Assembly: GCA_964016885.1 (NCBI GenBank)
Contig: OZ024743.1
Span: forward strand, 113,894,001-113,958,000
Origin: Eledone cirrhosa
Lineage: Eukaryota
Direction of reading: 5' to 3'
Length of the DNA stretch: 64,000 nucleotides
Below the pieces are notes generated by a model. That model saw nothing but the letters and a program-made list of their open reading frames with translations. It was not told the origin of the DNA and ran no database searches. Each line of letters begins with the position of its first letter. Position 1 is the stretch's first letter. Shown here one piece after another: positions 1 through 16,119 of this stretch. A program made the position numbers and the translations under genes.

Positions 1-688
1 CACAAATAGCTGAAGCACACAGAGATGACATTTACCATAGCCTTGGTTCAACCTAGGCCTTGTGAGTGAAACTGGATATAAGAGGAATCAGATGTGTGCA
101 GGAGAGAAGACTAAGCTGTTATGGATATGTGATGTGCATGGATGTTGATTGCTGAGCAAAGAAGTGCCAAGAAATCCCAGTGGAAGGAAACTGTAGTAGA
201 GGAAGACCTAGGCAAAGGCAGTGAGAGCTGATCTTAAATCACTGAATCTCAGAGAGGAGATGATAAAGGATCACTGTCAATGGAGAGATGCTGCACTGGA
301 AAAGATACAACCAACTCATGCAAGCATAGAAAAGCAGGTATAAAACGATGATGATGATTATGATGATGATAAAAACTGTATACTCTTCTTAAAAATATAG
401 TCAGAAAAGAGTTAAATTAACAAAAGTGTGGTTGTATTTCATAGTCAAGTATATCCTTAATATCTAATTTTCTGGTAGATTCAGTTTGACACATTCTGTG
501 GCACGGTTGACCCATTGAATTAAAGGTGCAATCCCTTCGATAAGCTTTCAGACAGTTTCTGCCAACCTAGTTTCACTCACATGGCTCGAGTTAACCCAGT
601 TGCCCAAAATGCCAAAATGCCATACAGAAACTTTATGATTGTTGCTTGTGACTTCCTTGAATTATCATTGTTTGATTAATAGCTTCTG

Positions 689-1690
689 CTACCTAAGTGA
701 TCTAAATAGCAGTGGAAGAGTGTTCTCTGAGAGCATAGTAGCTAGAATAAGAACAGGATGGAAAAACTTCAAAGAGCTATTTATAACCTCTGTTGACAAC
801 AAAAGCTTTCTATGAACAAAACATTGGCTGTATGATTCCTGTGTGTGATTTGCAATGTTGCATAGAAGTGAGACATGGTCAGTGAATGCAGAGGATATGA
901 AATGGCTGGAAATAAATAAAGTGAACATGCTCCATTTGATGTACCATGTTGATATGTGTGAATGGCAGAGCATGAATGAACAGAGAGAGAAACTGGGTAT
1001 AAGTGGAATCAGATTTAGTGTGCAAAAAAGAAGACTACACTGGTATGGATATGTGATCATCATCATCATTTTATGACCGCTTTTCCCTGCTTGCAAGGGT
1101 GGGATGGGAACTGATTCTGGCTTGATTTCTACAACTGGATGCCCTTCCTAACACCAACCTCCTTTACAGTGAGTGCTGGGTGCTTTTTTTCCCGTGGTAC
1201 CTACACGTCCACTTTACAGTGTGGGCTGGGTGCTCTTTTGCCGTGGTACCTCCACGACCACTTTGCAGTGGAATGATAGGAACTCCAGTCCTATCATCTC
1301 ATTTCTACAGCTGAATAAAAGTGGAGCAATGTGAAATAAAGTGTCTTGCTCAAGGAAACAACTCAAGGAAACAACACATCACCTGGTCTGAGAATTGAAC
1401 TCACAACCTTTCGATTGCAAGGCCAATGCTCTAACCACTAAACCATGTGTCTCCATGTGATGTGTATGGAAAATGATTATTGGGTGATGAAGTGCCTAGA
1501 AATCTTAGTGAAAGAATGCTGGAGTAGAGGAAGACCTGGATTGTGGTGTTGAGAGCTGATCTCAAATCACTGAAGCTCACAGTTTAGATTACAATGGACT
1601 GTAATGAGTACAGGGAGTCTGTGTTGGAAAAGATCTGTCCAACCCATGCAAGAATGGAAAGACAGACATAAAGCAATGAAGATGATGATG
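689..1690 (+). mobile_element. Old RTE 3' remnant interrupted by a SINE
   Basis: Degenerate YLSD...RTGWKNFKEL...HRSETW...RRLHWYGYV that resumes after 1461; (GAT)n tail. Similar remnants at about 85-365 (+), 2208-2516 (-), 4064-4745 (+), 38870-39390 (+), 39860-40417 (-) and 47355-47670 (+). Confidence 0.8.
1058..1454 (-). mobile_element. tRNA-derived SINE with V-domain-like body and RTE-derived 3' tail
   Basis: Head GGAGACACATGGTTTAGTGG (A box)...GAGTTCAATTC (B box), body ccttgagcaagacacttt, tail matching the 3' UTR of the 17.3 kb RTE. 7-bp TSD atgtgat at 1051-1057 / 1455-1461. Confidence 0.88.
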
Positions 1691-4372
1691 ATAATTGACT
1701 CATTTATGTACAGCTATGATATATTATATTTCATCCCTTCAAAATACTAAACAGTGTTAACTTTACACTGACAGCAAAACTTCTGACTTAACACCTTTCT
1801 TATCAAGATGACACATTTGGATATGAACCAGAGACAAAGGAAGTGGGTAATGATTACTAATGCAGGCACAAGGCCAGCAATTTATGGTGAGAGAGAGGGG
1901 AGTCAATTATATCAAAACCCTCACCCTCACAAGAATGAAAGGCAAAGTTGTCCTCAGCAGGATTTCATCTGATAGTCTAACGACTTTGTTAACACACCAC
2001 CCTCAGAGTGAGGGGACATAATAATCTCTGATGAGAAGATTCTAGATTAGACTAAATATATGACTTATAATTTAATAGCTTATGACTTCTAGTTCAAAAA
2101 AAAGGAGAAAAAAAGAAAGGGGCCAAACTTTAGATTGAACCAAGGGAACAAGGTTTCCACTGCTTTTTCCATTGCAAATAATTGTTTCTGCTGGTCACAC
2201 CTTCTGGCATCATCATCATCATCACCGTTTTACGTCCGTTCTTCCACGCTAGCATGGGTTAGACGGGTTGTTCTGTTGTGGGCACTGTCCGGTCGGCTGA
2301 CCTTGTCTTGCTCATACGGGAACTGATTCTGGCTTGATTTCTACTGCTGGATGCCCTTCCTAACACCAACCTCATTTACAGTGAGTGCTGGGTGCTTTTT
2401 TGCCGTGGCACCTCCACGACTACTTTGCAGTGGGAGGGTGTGAAGGTATATTGTCTATATGCTTCAGCTTCGGCTTATACCCATGGGGGGGTCGGGTCTT
2501 CTGTATTACTGCGTGATACAGAAGGAGAAAAATGGCAGGAGAAAAATGAAAATAAAGTATTTTGCTTGGTCTAGGAATTGAATTTACCAACAATGGTTAT
2601 GAATGTTATCCAACCATCTTGTTTATGGTTTACCTCTGGGTCTCCTGTTGATTAGCTTTGTTCTGTGATGCTTTCCTTAGACATTCTAACCTTCTAACCA
2701 CATGTCTGAAGTATCAGAGCTGTGATATCTCGCTGTGGAGGAGTACCAGCTCTACCTGGGATGACTTCCTGATATTCAAGCAACATAACTTATCAAGTAA
2801 TGATACTCCAGATAACCTTAAATGAAATCAAATTCAGAAATTAAATATTAATTTTATGACTTTCATACATTACTACTAATTTTAGTTTAGCTTGTCTGGG
2901 GAGAAATGTCAGTGTTTGTGGTCTACTTAGTTCTTCCTCCTAGACATTAGAACCAGAATAACTAACAAAGGTTAGTAAGACTTTGTTCACATCTTACAGT
3001 TATATGTTAAATACAGATAAACTAAACAACATTGAATAGTGGCCACCATAATGTGCATTGTGGATGCAGCATAACTGAATGGTTAAATAGTTCCCTTCAC
3101 AATCATTAGGTCCTGGGTTGGATCTCATTGCATGGTATTTTGATCAAGTGTCATTTACCATTTTTTTAAAAATAATAAATCATCATCATAATTATCATTG
3201 TCATCACTATCATCATCATTACCATCATTGTCATCACTATCATCATTACCATCACTGTTATCATCATCATCATAATTGGAGGCACCAGCAGCTTTTACAT
3301 TACTCTATATTTACTATTGTATTTTTGCAGTAGAGGCTTTACCTCACATAATTATCTCACATAATATCGAATCTACAAGATTTTGATATTATTTATTTTG
3401 ATATTATTTATTTTGAGAACAATACCTTAATGTCAGTATGAGTGGCCAGTTACGGCTGGTTTGAACAGTAAGAGGTGAGAGATTTCTGGTTGGATATGGC
3501 CAGTTTAAATGCTAAAGGTTTAAGCCTGTCTTCCTAGTTGTAGCTAATCAGAATGGCTATAGCCTAGATCAATGGTTAATTAGTTATTTCATTTCACAAT
3601 CATTAGGTTCTAGGTTTGATCCCATTGTATGGCATCTTGGACAAGTATCATTTACTTGGGTTGACTCATGCCTTGTGAGTAAAATTAGGTAAACAGAAAC
3701 TATTTTGAAGCCCATCAGATGAACTATACTGGTAATTCAAAGGGTTAACCTTATCATACACTAACGTCAGGCTGTATCTCTCTGAGAATTTCGTTGAGCA
3801 GGCTGTTCTGTTAATCAAACAACTGAAACACTCATTGTTGAAACCAATGGAGTTCTATTCCATATTGTCATGCAACTCTTCCTCCTCCTACTCCTCTTCC
3901 TACTCCTCCTCCTCCTCCTCGCCCCACTGTTGTTCCGGGGTTGCTTATTCATCCAGCAGTTGCCCGCTTGTATCGCAACTAGCCATCATATCTGGTGGCC
4001 ATATAGCTATCCACCACCTGCAACCTGTTCCCTAGCAGAACAGCTCTACCAAGAAGTCATACAATATGACAGTGAAAAATGGACAGTGAATGTAGAGGAT
4101 CAGTGATAGCTGAAGAGAAACAACTTGAGCATGGTCTATTAGATGGGTAACATTAGTGTGTATGAACAAGAAAGCACAGATGAGCTGAGTGAAAAAATTA
4201 GACACAAGAGAAGAATCAGATGTAGTGTACGAGGGAGGTTGCTCTGGTAAGGACGTGTAATACATATGGTTGATGATTGTTGGATGAAGAAGTGTTAAGA
4301 GATTCCAGTGGAAGGAAACTGTGGAATAGGAGGGCCAAGAAAGATGAGGGCAAATATGATGAATGCTGATCT

Positions 4373-4600
4373 AGGGGAGGTGGAAGAATTTTTGAATTGA
4401 GGGTGGTCAATTTAGTTGTAGTAATTAATTCAGCTGTTATTATCAACCAAGATACAAAAAGCTTTGATATGCGATGAACATAACATGTACATAAATTGTA
4501 GTACATATACAAATAGATGTGTGTTTTGGTAGTTTGGGGAGAAAAATATAATTATTAGGGGAGCCATGACCCCATGGCCCCCCTCCAAGTTCCACCACTT
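4373..4600. mobile_element. Small DNA-transposon-like insertion inside an RTE remnant
   Basis: Imperfect TIRs aggggaggtggaa / ttccaccactt; subterminal ggggagccatgaccccatggcccccc; flanked by tgatct, after which the RTE sequence resumes. Confidence 0.55.
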
Positions 4601-6521
4601 TTGTGATCTCAAGAAACTGAACCTCACAATGGAGATGATAGTCAAGAAACAAGTGGAGAGATGCTGCACTGGGGGAGGGACTCATCGAACCCATGGTAGC
4701 ATTGTAAAAAAAATAACATTGTAAAATTGATAACAATGATGATTGAATGTAATAAACTAACTTTATCACATTTATATAGAAGTATTTTGGAGAAACTAGA
4801 AAAAAGTAATACAAATTAGCAAGATAAATGCTAAACCTATTAACATTTTATCTTTCTCAGATAGGGTTCTGTATAAAGCATTTCGTTTCTCTTCTTGTTC
4901 ACAACACAATTTAATTTTACTCCACCATTTGAACTAGTTATTTAAATGTTAAATTTCGTTTGTTATTGTCTTTTTTAATTTCAAACAAGCATGGGTTTAA
5001 TGGGTCTTCTAATTCATAATTGTTGAATGAGTTGTTTACAACATATGGGTGTTGTTTTCAACAATAAATTGTAGATTAATATGGGAAGGAGTCACAACTT
5101 TTCAACAAGGTCCTATAGGACTAACAGAGTAACATGCTTTTCCCAAATCCAAAAGCAAAAGTCTAAAATCTGACTGAAAGGGCTATAAAATTCTCATGTA
5201 AACTTTATAAAACAGGTTATTCTAGGTACACAAGGTACCTTTGAATGTATTGCTTCTTGGATAGAATTTATTGGAAATTTGAATAAATAAATCAATTTAG
5301 ATCTAAAGGATGACAGATCAAAGTAATTGATTTCTTTATACTGAGAGAATTAATAGCATTGTTGCATGCAAGAACAGAAAAGAAAAAATTCTGACCCCAG
5401 TTCTGGTTCAGACATTTATTCGAACATTTTGATTGCATGGTGATTGAAATAGTATCATGTTTTTTAAATAGGAACCCCAAAATATAGAGAAAAATAGCAA
5501 CAGAAGAAGATTGAATTCAGATCATTTGGTCAATATTTAATGTTGCCCAGATGAAGTAACAAAGGACATGGAAATGATGGTTTCTAACTTAGGCTCAAGA
5601 ACAGCAATTTTGATGGAAGGGGAAGTGGATTATAGAATAATTAATACAGGAAGGTGACATTACTTTACAGCAAGGTTCTATAAGACAGAGTAACAGTTTT
5701 CATCTACTAAATTTTTCTCATAAGGCATTGGTCAACACAAGGTTAAGATTTGTCTTCTACCATAACCTTGGGTTGATCAATGCCTTGTGAGAGAAATTTA
5801 GTAGGTGAAAACGGTTCAATATATATATATCATCATCATCATTGTCCTCATGTAATCTCTGTTTTCCTTACTAGCAAAGGTTGGATGGATCACTAAAGAC
5901 TGAGTCAGTACTCAAGCAGGACTACTGACCTCTTAGATGGGCCGGGAGCATCCGTCTCACTTACATTCCTCCCTCATCCAAGTGCGTTTTCTCATGGCAC
6001 CAGGACTAGGAAGGTTGTCATGTTTTTGACATAACCGAACAGCCCTACTGACCCATTATTTTGAAAATTTTCTACAACTGGTTGCCCTTCCTATCACCAA
6101 CCTTTTAGCAGAGTGTATTTGATGTATTTATTGTGTAAACCATCAGCACTAGAGAGGTTGTCTTTTCTTTGACATAGCTGAAGAGTTCTCCTGACCATTT
6201 GTTTAGCAGGTTTTCTATAGCTAGATGCCCTTCCTGTCATCAACCATTTCACTGTGTGTACACACACACATACACATATATGTGTATATATACATAATTG
6301 TTTCTACTTTTGGCACAAGGCCAACAATTACCAACTACATTACTGGTACTTTATTTTATCGACCCTGTAAGGATGAAAGGCAAAGTTAACCTTGGCGGGA
6401 TTTGAACTCAGATCGTAAAGGGATGTAACTCTTTGCATCAAAGCATGGTGTCCGACCCTCTACTCATACTGCCAATAATAAAATGATTTGAAGTTTCATC
6501 TTCGGTTTGTCACTTGATTTA

Positions 6522-6633
<112 letters not shown>

Positions 6634-7002
6634 GAATGTGTGTTTCCATGCCCATGCTTATCTTTATGTTGACACAGCTTAACAACCAGTGCTGTTTGTG
6701 TATGTCCCATTACATAGCAGTTTGACAAATAAAAATTGATGTAAGTAAAGACTAAAGAAAAAAAAACTACCAAACCATTGAAGGCAGTGTTCCAGCATGG
6801 CCACAGTCCAATAACAGAAACTAGTGGAATGAATAAAAGAATAAACAAATACTATTGTATTATAATGTTGTATTGTACATCAGATGTAAAGTAAGAAACA
6901 AAATTCATTTTTCTGGTTGTAGAAATAAAATAGAATTAAAAAAAATATTTTTTTCTATCAGTTATTTTCAATTATTGAACAAAGTATGTGTATGTATAAA
7001 TA

Positions 7003-7103
<101 letters not shown>

Positions 7104-7891
7104 ATGTATATATATATATATGTGTGTGTGTATATACATATGTGTATATGTATGTATATTTATGTATGTGTATATATATGTGTGTATATGTATATATATA
7201 TATGTGTGTGTATATGTATGTATATATATGTGTGTATATGTATGTATATGTATATATGTGTGTATATGTATGTGTATGTATGTGTATGTGTATATATATA
7301 TATATATATATCGTCAAAAACAAAATACAAAAAGACGAATAAAATGAAAATAAATTATTCAGAAATAGATTTATATTTTTATTTATATTTTATGCCTTTA
7401 TTTATCTATCTTGTTTGTTTGTTCATGGCAACTTTCATGTTCTTTTCTTAAGGAAATCCTTGGAGGCTGCATTTAAAATATCGATATTAGATATATATTA
7501 AGTAATCAATATCACACAGTAACCCACTGATATATAACTTAATCATGTCTATTTAACAAGAGATATTCTTCTATTTATTCTGCTGATACGTGTATAGCAG
7601 CAGTATTTAGCTAAGGATTCTCAAACGTTTTTATGCAAGTTTACTTTCACAGATGCAGTATTAGTATCTTAGTACAAGCTATTTATTCAGATTTGCAGTA
7701 CTACATTTCTCTGTTGATAAAAGGATATTTCCATTGTACCAAACTATTTAATTGTGGAAAATTGGATTTTGCTGTATCCTTTATAGTTCCATTGTGTATG
7801 CATTATATGCAATCACATGTATGGAAACATATGCAAGCATGCCTATATGTATGTGTGCATACATATAGGTGTATGTGTGCATGTGTGTGTG

Positions 7892-7947
<56 letters not shown>

Positions 7948-9000
7948 GTGTGTGTCTGTGTGCTTATATTTGTATATATATTCAAACATGTTTATAGAGA
8001 TATAAATGTTATGTATATGTATATATATATACATACTCATACATATATGCTAAATAAAAAGAATGGTTGGATGTATAGAAGACTATGTTATGCAAGTATA
8101 AACAGGTATTACACATACCTAAAGTCGCCACGATGATGGTGTTATTTGTGTGTGTGTGTGCGTGTGCGTGTGTAATGATATACATCTATTTTGCAACTGT
8201 GGTAGGTATTGTCATGTCAACAGTAGATTACTGGATGTGCATGGCCTAGTGGTAAGGGTGTTGGACTTACAATCATAATGTTGTGGGTTCGATTCCTTGG
8301 CTGGGTTGCATGTTGTGTTCTTGAGAAAGACACTTCATTTCATGTTGCTCCAGTATACTTAGCAGAAAATGAGTACCAGAAATAGCTACGATGGACAGGC
8401 ATCTTGTGCTGGAGAGGGTCTTGTACTCTCAGTTACTTCACACCATGAAACTAAGATAAGCACTGGCCTAATGAACCTTCTGGCTTAAGACAGACTTTAG
8501 ACTTTAGACATTTTAGACATACTATACACTAACAACTGGCAAAGAGTGACAACCAAAGTGAACAACACAAACATTTTCACAATAATGTACTAAATTCAAT
8601 AATCAACCAATCAAGTCCCCACAACTGGTACAACCAGTTGGTGCCACTCTTGATGGTTGACTCTGTGTCCAATTGTGGCATTTCAAGTAGGTCTTAGAAA
8701 TGTTTGGGAGTGCTCATGTCCTCTCCAGGTTTAGCTGGCCAACAGAAGCAGTTACCAGGCTGAGGTTCAAAAATGTCCCAGAATCAGGAGTGAGAGTCAG
8801 ATAAGAACCAATATGCTCATCAATCACTCAGCATACTGCCAGACATCAAGGTATTCTCTCCCCTTGTTTTGAAATAATATTTCTTAAAATCCTAAATAAC
8901 ACTACCTCTGGTATTGAAATAATACGTTTTTCAAACCCCTTTACTCTATTTTCCAAGGAACATTAGATAACACCTTGTCTAGTATTGAAATAATGTTTCT

Positions 9001-9228
9001 TTAACCCTTTAGCATTCACATTACTCTATATATACTATTATATTTTCATGGTAAATGCTTTATCTCACATAATTACCTCACATAATATCGAATCTATGAG
9101 ATTTTGAAAGTATTTATTTTGAGAACAATACCTTAACACCAGTTTGAGTGACCAGTTACAACCAGTTTCAACAGAAAGAGGTAGAGAATTCTGGCCGGTT
9201 TTGGCTGGTTTGAACACTAAAGGGTTAA
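9001..9228. mobile_element. piggyBac-type MITE (about 220 bp, TTAA TSD, CCCTTTAGCATT TIR)
   Basis: TTAA-CCCTTTAGCATT ... ACACTAAAGGG-TTAA. Other copies at 10345-10560, 10561-10740 (truncated), 30001-30214, 33478-33705, 41411-41637, 41732-41958, 46814-47041, 53092-53293, 54780-55008, and partial 3288-3523. Confidence 0.9.
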
Positions 9229-9581
9229 ATCATTTCACTCTCTAAAGAGAGAGTGGGTATTGATACGTTTGGTTTTTAAATAACTAGAATAATTTTCGGC
9301 ATGCTGACGTTTATGTATATATGTGTACGTGTGTGTGTATGTGCATACATTTCTATGTATGTGTATATAAATATAAACACGCAAACACAGATACACACAC
9401 AAAAAATACACACTCATAGACATACATTCACACAAATACACATACATTCACACAAACACATACATGCATTTACACAAACACACACATACACTCACACACA
9501 GCATAGAAAATGGAATGCCAGCTGCTGTTTTGCTATAGTTTTTCACTATCCCCTTCCTTCCTTTTACACACACACATATAT

Positions 9582-9618
<37 letters not shown>

Positions 9619-10740
9619 TGTGTGATGGATGGAAGTTGCTTAAATTTATATATAGATGATTCTTTAAATCCTGGATAACTGAAGACCTGGTATTGCAATA
9701 TTGTTTCTTCAGATCACTTCACTGTATTTTCAGAGAAACATTATATGATGTTATAAATTAGATGCTAGAAAGCAATACATGCCGATATCTGCTGATCAAG
9801 TGATGTTGTAGAAACTCTCTGATTAGCTCACCTACATGGATGTTATAAGGAGAACTAAGTGAAGCACCATTGAACAAATACTACTATAATGTATATTCTT
9901 TAACTGGTTTCAGTTGTTAGACTGTGACCATTCTAGGGCACCACCTTCAAGCAATTTAGTCGATCATATCCATCATATCCACCTTTGTTCTTTTTTCTTT
10001 TTGTATCTGTTGCTTATTTTATCGATCTCTTATTGTTGATTTGCTAAGTTATGAAACAGATACAGGCCCACATATAATGACAGGCTTCCACAGAGTTTCT
10101 GCCTACAAGTTTCATTCACAAAGCATTAGTCTATCCCAGACTATAGTAGAAGGCACTTGCTGAAGATCCTACTTAGTGGGATGGAACATGGAACCCCATC
10201 ATTGCAAACTGAGCCCTTTAACTAGAATGGAAGTAGTATGTAACTAGCTAGCTCTATGATGACCTAGAAGACTCTATATAATGTATTCATAATCATCATT
10301 TTTACATCGACTTTTCCATGCTTGCATGGGTTGGATGGGACCTTTTAACCCTATAGCATTTACATTACTCTATATTTACTATTGTATTTTCACAGTAAAG
10401 ACTTTATCTCACACAATATCGAAGCTACGAGATTTTGATGTTATTTATTTTGAGAACAATACCTTAACACCAGTAAGAGCAGCTGATTACAGCCGGTTTG
10501 AACAGAAAGAGGTGAGAGAATTCTGGACAGATACGGCCAATTTAAATGTTAAAGGGTTAATTAACCCTTTAGCATTTAAACCAGCCATATCCGGTCAGCA
10601 TTCTCTCACCTCTTTCTGTTCAAACTGGCCATAATTGGCCACTCATACTGACTTTAAGGTATTGTTCTCCAAATAAATAACATCAAAATCTCATAGATTC
10701 GATTTTATGTAAGATAAAGTGTTTACTTACAAAAATACAA

Positions 10741-10924
10741 TCTATCTATAATATTATAAAGTTGAGTGTCGTGTGTATTATGTATGTATGTATCCCACAC
10801 ACCTCCCTATAGTTTGTTAGCTTTACTCTCTCCATCGCTCTTCGCTCTCTCTATAATAGATCATTCCCGCACTCTATAATTTAACTGCTTTACTCTCTCT
10901 GTCACTCTTCACTCTCTATATGAT
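10741..10924 (+). mobile_element. Helitron-like 5' end inserted in a MITE, running into the gap
   Basis: The MITE stops at ...aaatacaA and is followed by TCTATCTATAATATTATAAAG plus a GT-rich microsatellite. Intact MITE copies continue with T, which fits an A^T insertion site. Confidence 0.65.
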
Positions 10925-11124
10925 NNNNNNNNNNNNNNNNNNNNNNNNNNNNNNNNNNNNNNNNNNNNNNNNNNNNNNNNNNNNNNNNNNNNNNNNNNNN
11001 NNNNNNNNNNNNNNNNNNNNNNNNNNNNNNNNNNNNNNNNNNNNNNNNNNNNNNNNNNNNNNNNNNNNNNNNNNNNNNNNNNNNNNNNNNNNNNNNNNNN
11101 NNNNNNNNNNNNNNNNNNNNNNNN
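10925..11124. other. Assembly gap (200 N)
   Basis: Run of exactly 200 n, probably a fixed-size scaffolding gap. Confidence 0.99.
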
Positions 11125-11130
11125 ACATAC

Positions 11131-11183
<53 letters not shown>

Positions 11184-11195
11184 CATATATATATA

Positions 11196-11266
<71 letters not shown>

Positions 11267-11271
11267 CATAC

Positions 11272-11327
<56 letters not shown>

Positions 11328-11340
11328 CATTATATATACA

Positions 11341-11376
<36 letters not shown>

Positions 11377-11389
11377 CATATATATATAC

Positions 11390-11420
<31 letters not shown>

Positions 11421-11444
11421 CATATATATATAATATATATATAC

Positions 11445-11483
<39 letters not shown>

Positions 11484-11548
11484 CATATATATTATATATA
11501 TATACAATATATATACATATATATATATATATATACATATATATATAC

Positions 11549-11585
<37 letters not shown>

Positions 11586-11586
11586 A

Positions 11587-11624
<38 letters not shown>

Positions 11625-11649
11625 CTATATATACTATATATATATATAC

Positions 11650-11720
<71 letters not shown>

Positions 11721-11779
11721 CATATATATATACATATATATACATATATATATATATACATATACATATATATATATAC

Positions 11780-11852
<73 letters not shown>

Positions 11853-11866
11853 CATATATATTATAC

Positions 11867-11913
<47 letters not shown>

Positions 11914-11918
11914 CATAT

Positions 11919-11952
<34 letters not shown>

Positions 11953-11991
11953 CATATATATATACATATATATATATATATACATATATAT

Positions 11992-12194
<203 letters not shown>

Positions 12195-12195
12195 C

Positions 12196-12256
<61 letters not shown>

Positions 12257-12283
12257 CATATATATATACATATATATATATAC

Positions 12284-12336
<53 letters not shown>

Positions 12337-12366
12337 CATATATATATACATATATTTATATACATA

Positions 12367-12424
<58 letters not shown>

Positions 12425-12477
12425 CATATATATAATATATATATTATACATATACATATACATATATATACATACAT

Positions 12478-12511
<34 letters not shown>

Positions 12512-12539
12512 ATATACATATACATACATATACATATAC

Positions 12540-12572
<33 letters not shown>

Positions 12573-12651
12573 ATATACATATATATATACTATACATATA
12601 TATATATATACATATATATATACATATATATATATATACATATACATATAC

Positions 12652-12682
<31 letters not shown>

Positions 12683-12683
12683 C

Positions 12684-12714
<31 letters not shown>

Positions 12715-12794
12715 CATATATATATATACATATATATACATATATATACATATATATATACATACTATATATATATACATATATATACATATAC

Positions 12795-12828
<34 letters not shown>

Positions 12829-12934
12829 ATACATATACATATATATATATACATATATACATATACATATATACATATATATATTATATATAATATACAT
12901 ATATATATACATACATATATATACATATATACAT

Positions 12935-12969
<35 letters not shown>

Positions 12970-13012
12970 CATATATATATACATATATACATATACACAT
13001 ATATATATATAT

Positions 13013-13047
<35 letters not shown>

Positions 13048-13340
13048 GTTTATGGCGTAGACATACAACACAACAGGAGGAACAATGAATATAACACCAC
13101 TGACGATGTTGCAGATGTGCAACGAAAGATTTATGTAAACTATATATATATGTGTTTGTCTATATTGTATCTGTATTATTTTTGACCGCCGGTCAGTCAA
13201 TGGCAACATTGAGGACCGAGTAAGCTAGATCGCAGATATATATATATAAAAGACAGCGAGAAGCGAAAACCAACCAAACAGTGAGTGTGTTCTGTTATTA
13301 ATTCTGGCAATATTACGCAAATATGACCCTCCCCAAATAT

Positions 13341-13375
<35 letters not shown>

Positions 13376-13394
13376 CATATATATATATATATAC

Positions 13395-13425
<31 letters not shown>

Positions 13426-13446
13426 CATATATATATACATATATAC

Positions 13447-13495
<49 letters not shown>

Positions 13496-13626
13496 CATAT
13501 ATATACATATATATTTATATATACATATATATATACATATATATTTATATATACATATATATATACATATATATTTATATATACATATATATATACATAT
13601 ATATTTATATATACATATATATATAC

Positions 13627-13677
<51 letters not shown>

Positions 13678-13860
13678 CATATATATATACATATATATAT
13701 ACATATATATTTATATATACATATATATATACATATATACATATATATATACATATATATATATATATACATATACATATACATATATATATACATATAT
13801 ATATATATATACATATATATATACATATATACATATATATATATACATATATATATATAC

Positions 13861-13895
<35 letters not shown>

Positions 13896-13896
13896 C

Positions 13897-13929
<33 letters not shown>

Positions 13930-13930
13930 C

Positions 13931-14040
<110 letters not shown>

Positions 14041-14050
14041 ATATATATAC

Positions 14051-14104
<54 letters not shown>

Positions 14105-14114
14105 ATATATATAC

Positions 14115-14145
<31 letters not shown>

Positions 14146-14272
14146 CATATATATACATATATATATATATATACATATATATACATATATATACATATAT
14201 ATACATATATATACATATATATACATATATATATACATATATATATACATATATATATACATATATATATAC

Positions 14273-14423
<151 letters not shown>

Positions 14424-14528
14424 CATATATATATATACATATACATATATATATACATATATATATACATATATATATATACATATACATATATATATAT
14501 ATACATATACATATACATATATATATAC

Positions 14529-14583
<55 letters not shown>

Positions 14584-14596
14584 CATATATATATAC

Positions 14597-14727
<131 letters not shown>

Positions 14728-15024
14728 CACATATATATATATACATATATATATATATACATATACATATATATATATACACATATACATATATATACAT
14801 ATATATATATATACATATATACATATACATATATACATATACATATATATACATATATATATATACATATATACATATACAAATATATATACATATATAT
14901 ATATACATATATACATATACAAATATATATACATATATATATATACAAATATACATACATATATACATATATATATACATATATATATACATACATATAT
15001 ACATATATATATGCATATATATAT

Positions 15025-15407
15025 GGTGGCTGCCAACTCGTTTTCGAGTACGGCCACTACATTATATCCATGTAGGAGAACCCCTACTGATGCGCTGAAC
15101 GAGTGTGACTTTTTAGTCCAGCCAGCGACTTGAAAACTGGTACAAACACTACACTTGTGACAATTATTGACACTTAGTGCTGGGCCGATGATATCATGTG
15201 ACGACAAGTGCAGAGAGATCTCCAGATATAAAGCAATGCCTGTGCCGTGAAGCTTTTATAGTGAGCAAAGGCACTGCACAAAGCCAGTCCCACTCTCTTA
15301 ACCAAGATGATATTTACCAAAAAGAAGAACAAGTCAACATCATTGGATACCATCAGGGTTGCAGGTGTTATATCAGAGTTTTCCTTCTAGAATTCTGCCT
15401 TGACAAA
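15025..15407 (-). mobile_element. Second, 5'-truncated copy of the bipartite RTE-type element
   Basis: Aligns with 16277-16661 with scattered substitutions; same 3' end, in a TA array. Confidence 0.75.
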
Positions 15408-15798
15408 TATATATGTATATGTATATATACATATATATATACATATATATATACATACATATATATATACATACATATATATATACATACATATATATAT
15501 ACATACATATATACATATATATATATATACATACATATATATATATATACATATATATATATACATACATATATATATATACATACATATATATATATAT
15601 ACATACATATATATATATATACATATATATATATACATACATATATATATATACATACATATATATATATACATACATATATATATATACATACATATAT
15701 ATATACATACATATATATATACATACATATATATATACATACATATATATATACATACATATATATATACATACATATATATATACATACATATATAT

Positions 15799-15839
<41 letters not shown>

Positions 15840-15848
15840 CATATATAT

Positions 15849-15891
<43 letters not shown>

Positions 15892-15900
15892 CATATATAT

Positions 15901-15933
<33 letters not shown>

Positions 15934-16086
15934 CATACATATATATATACATACATATATATATATATATACATACATATATATATACATACATATATAT
16001 ATACATACATATATACATACATATATATATACATACATATATATATATATATATATACATACATATATATATACATACATACATAT

Positions 16087-16119
<33 letters not shown>

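Noticed and set aside
3118-3333. His-rich ORF, and the Ser/Leu-rich ORFs at 3835-4106
   Set aside because: Trinucleotide microsatellites (CAT, CTC) with no splice or domain support.
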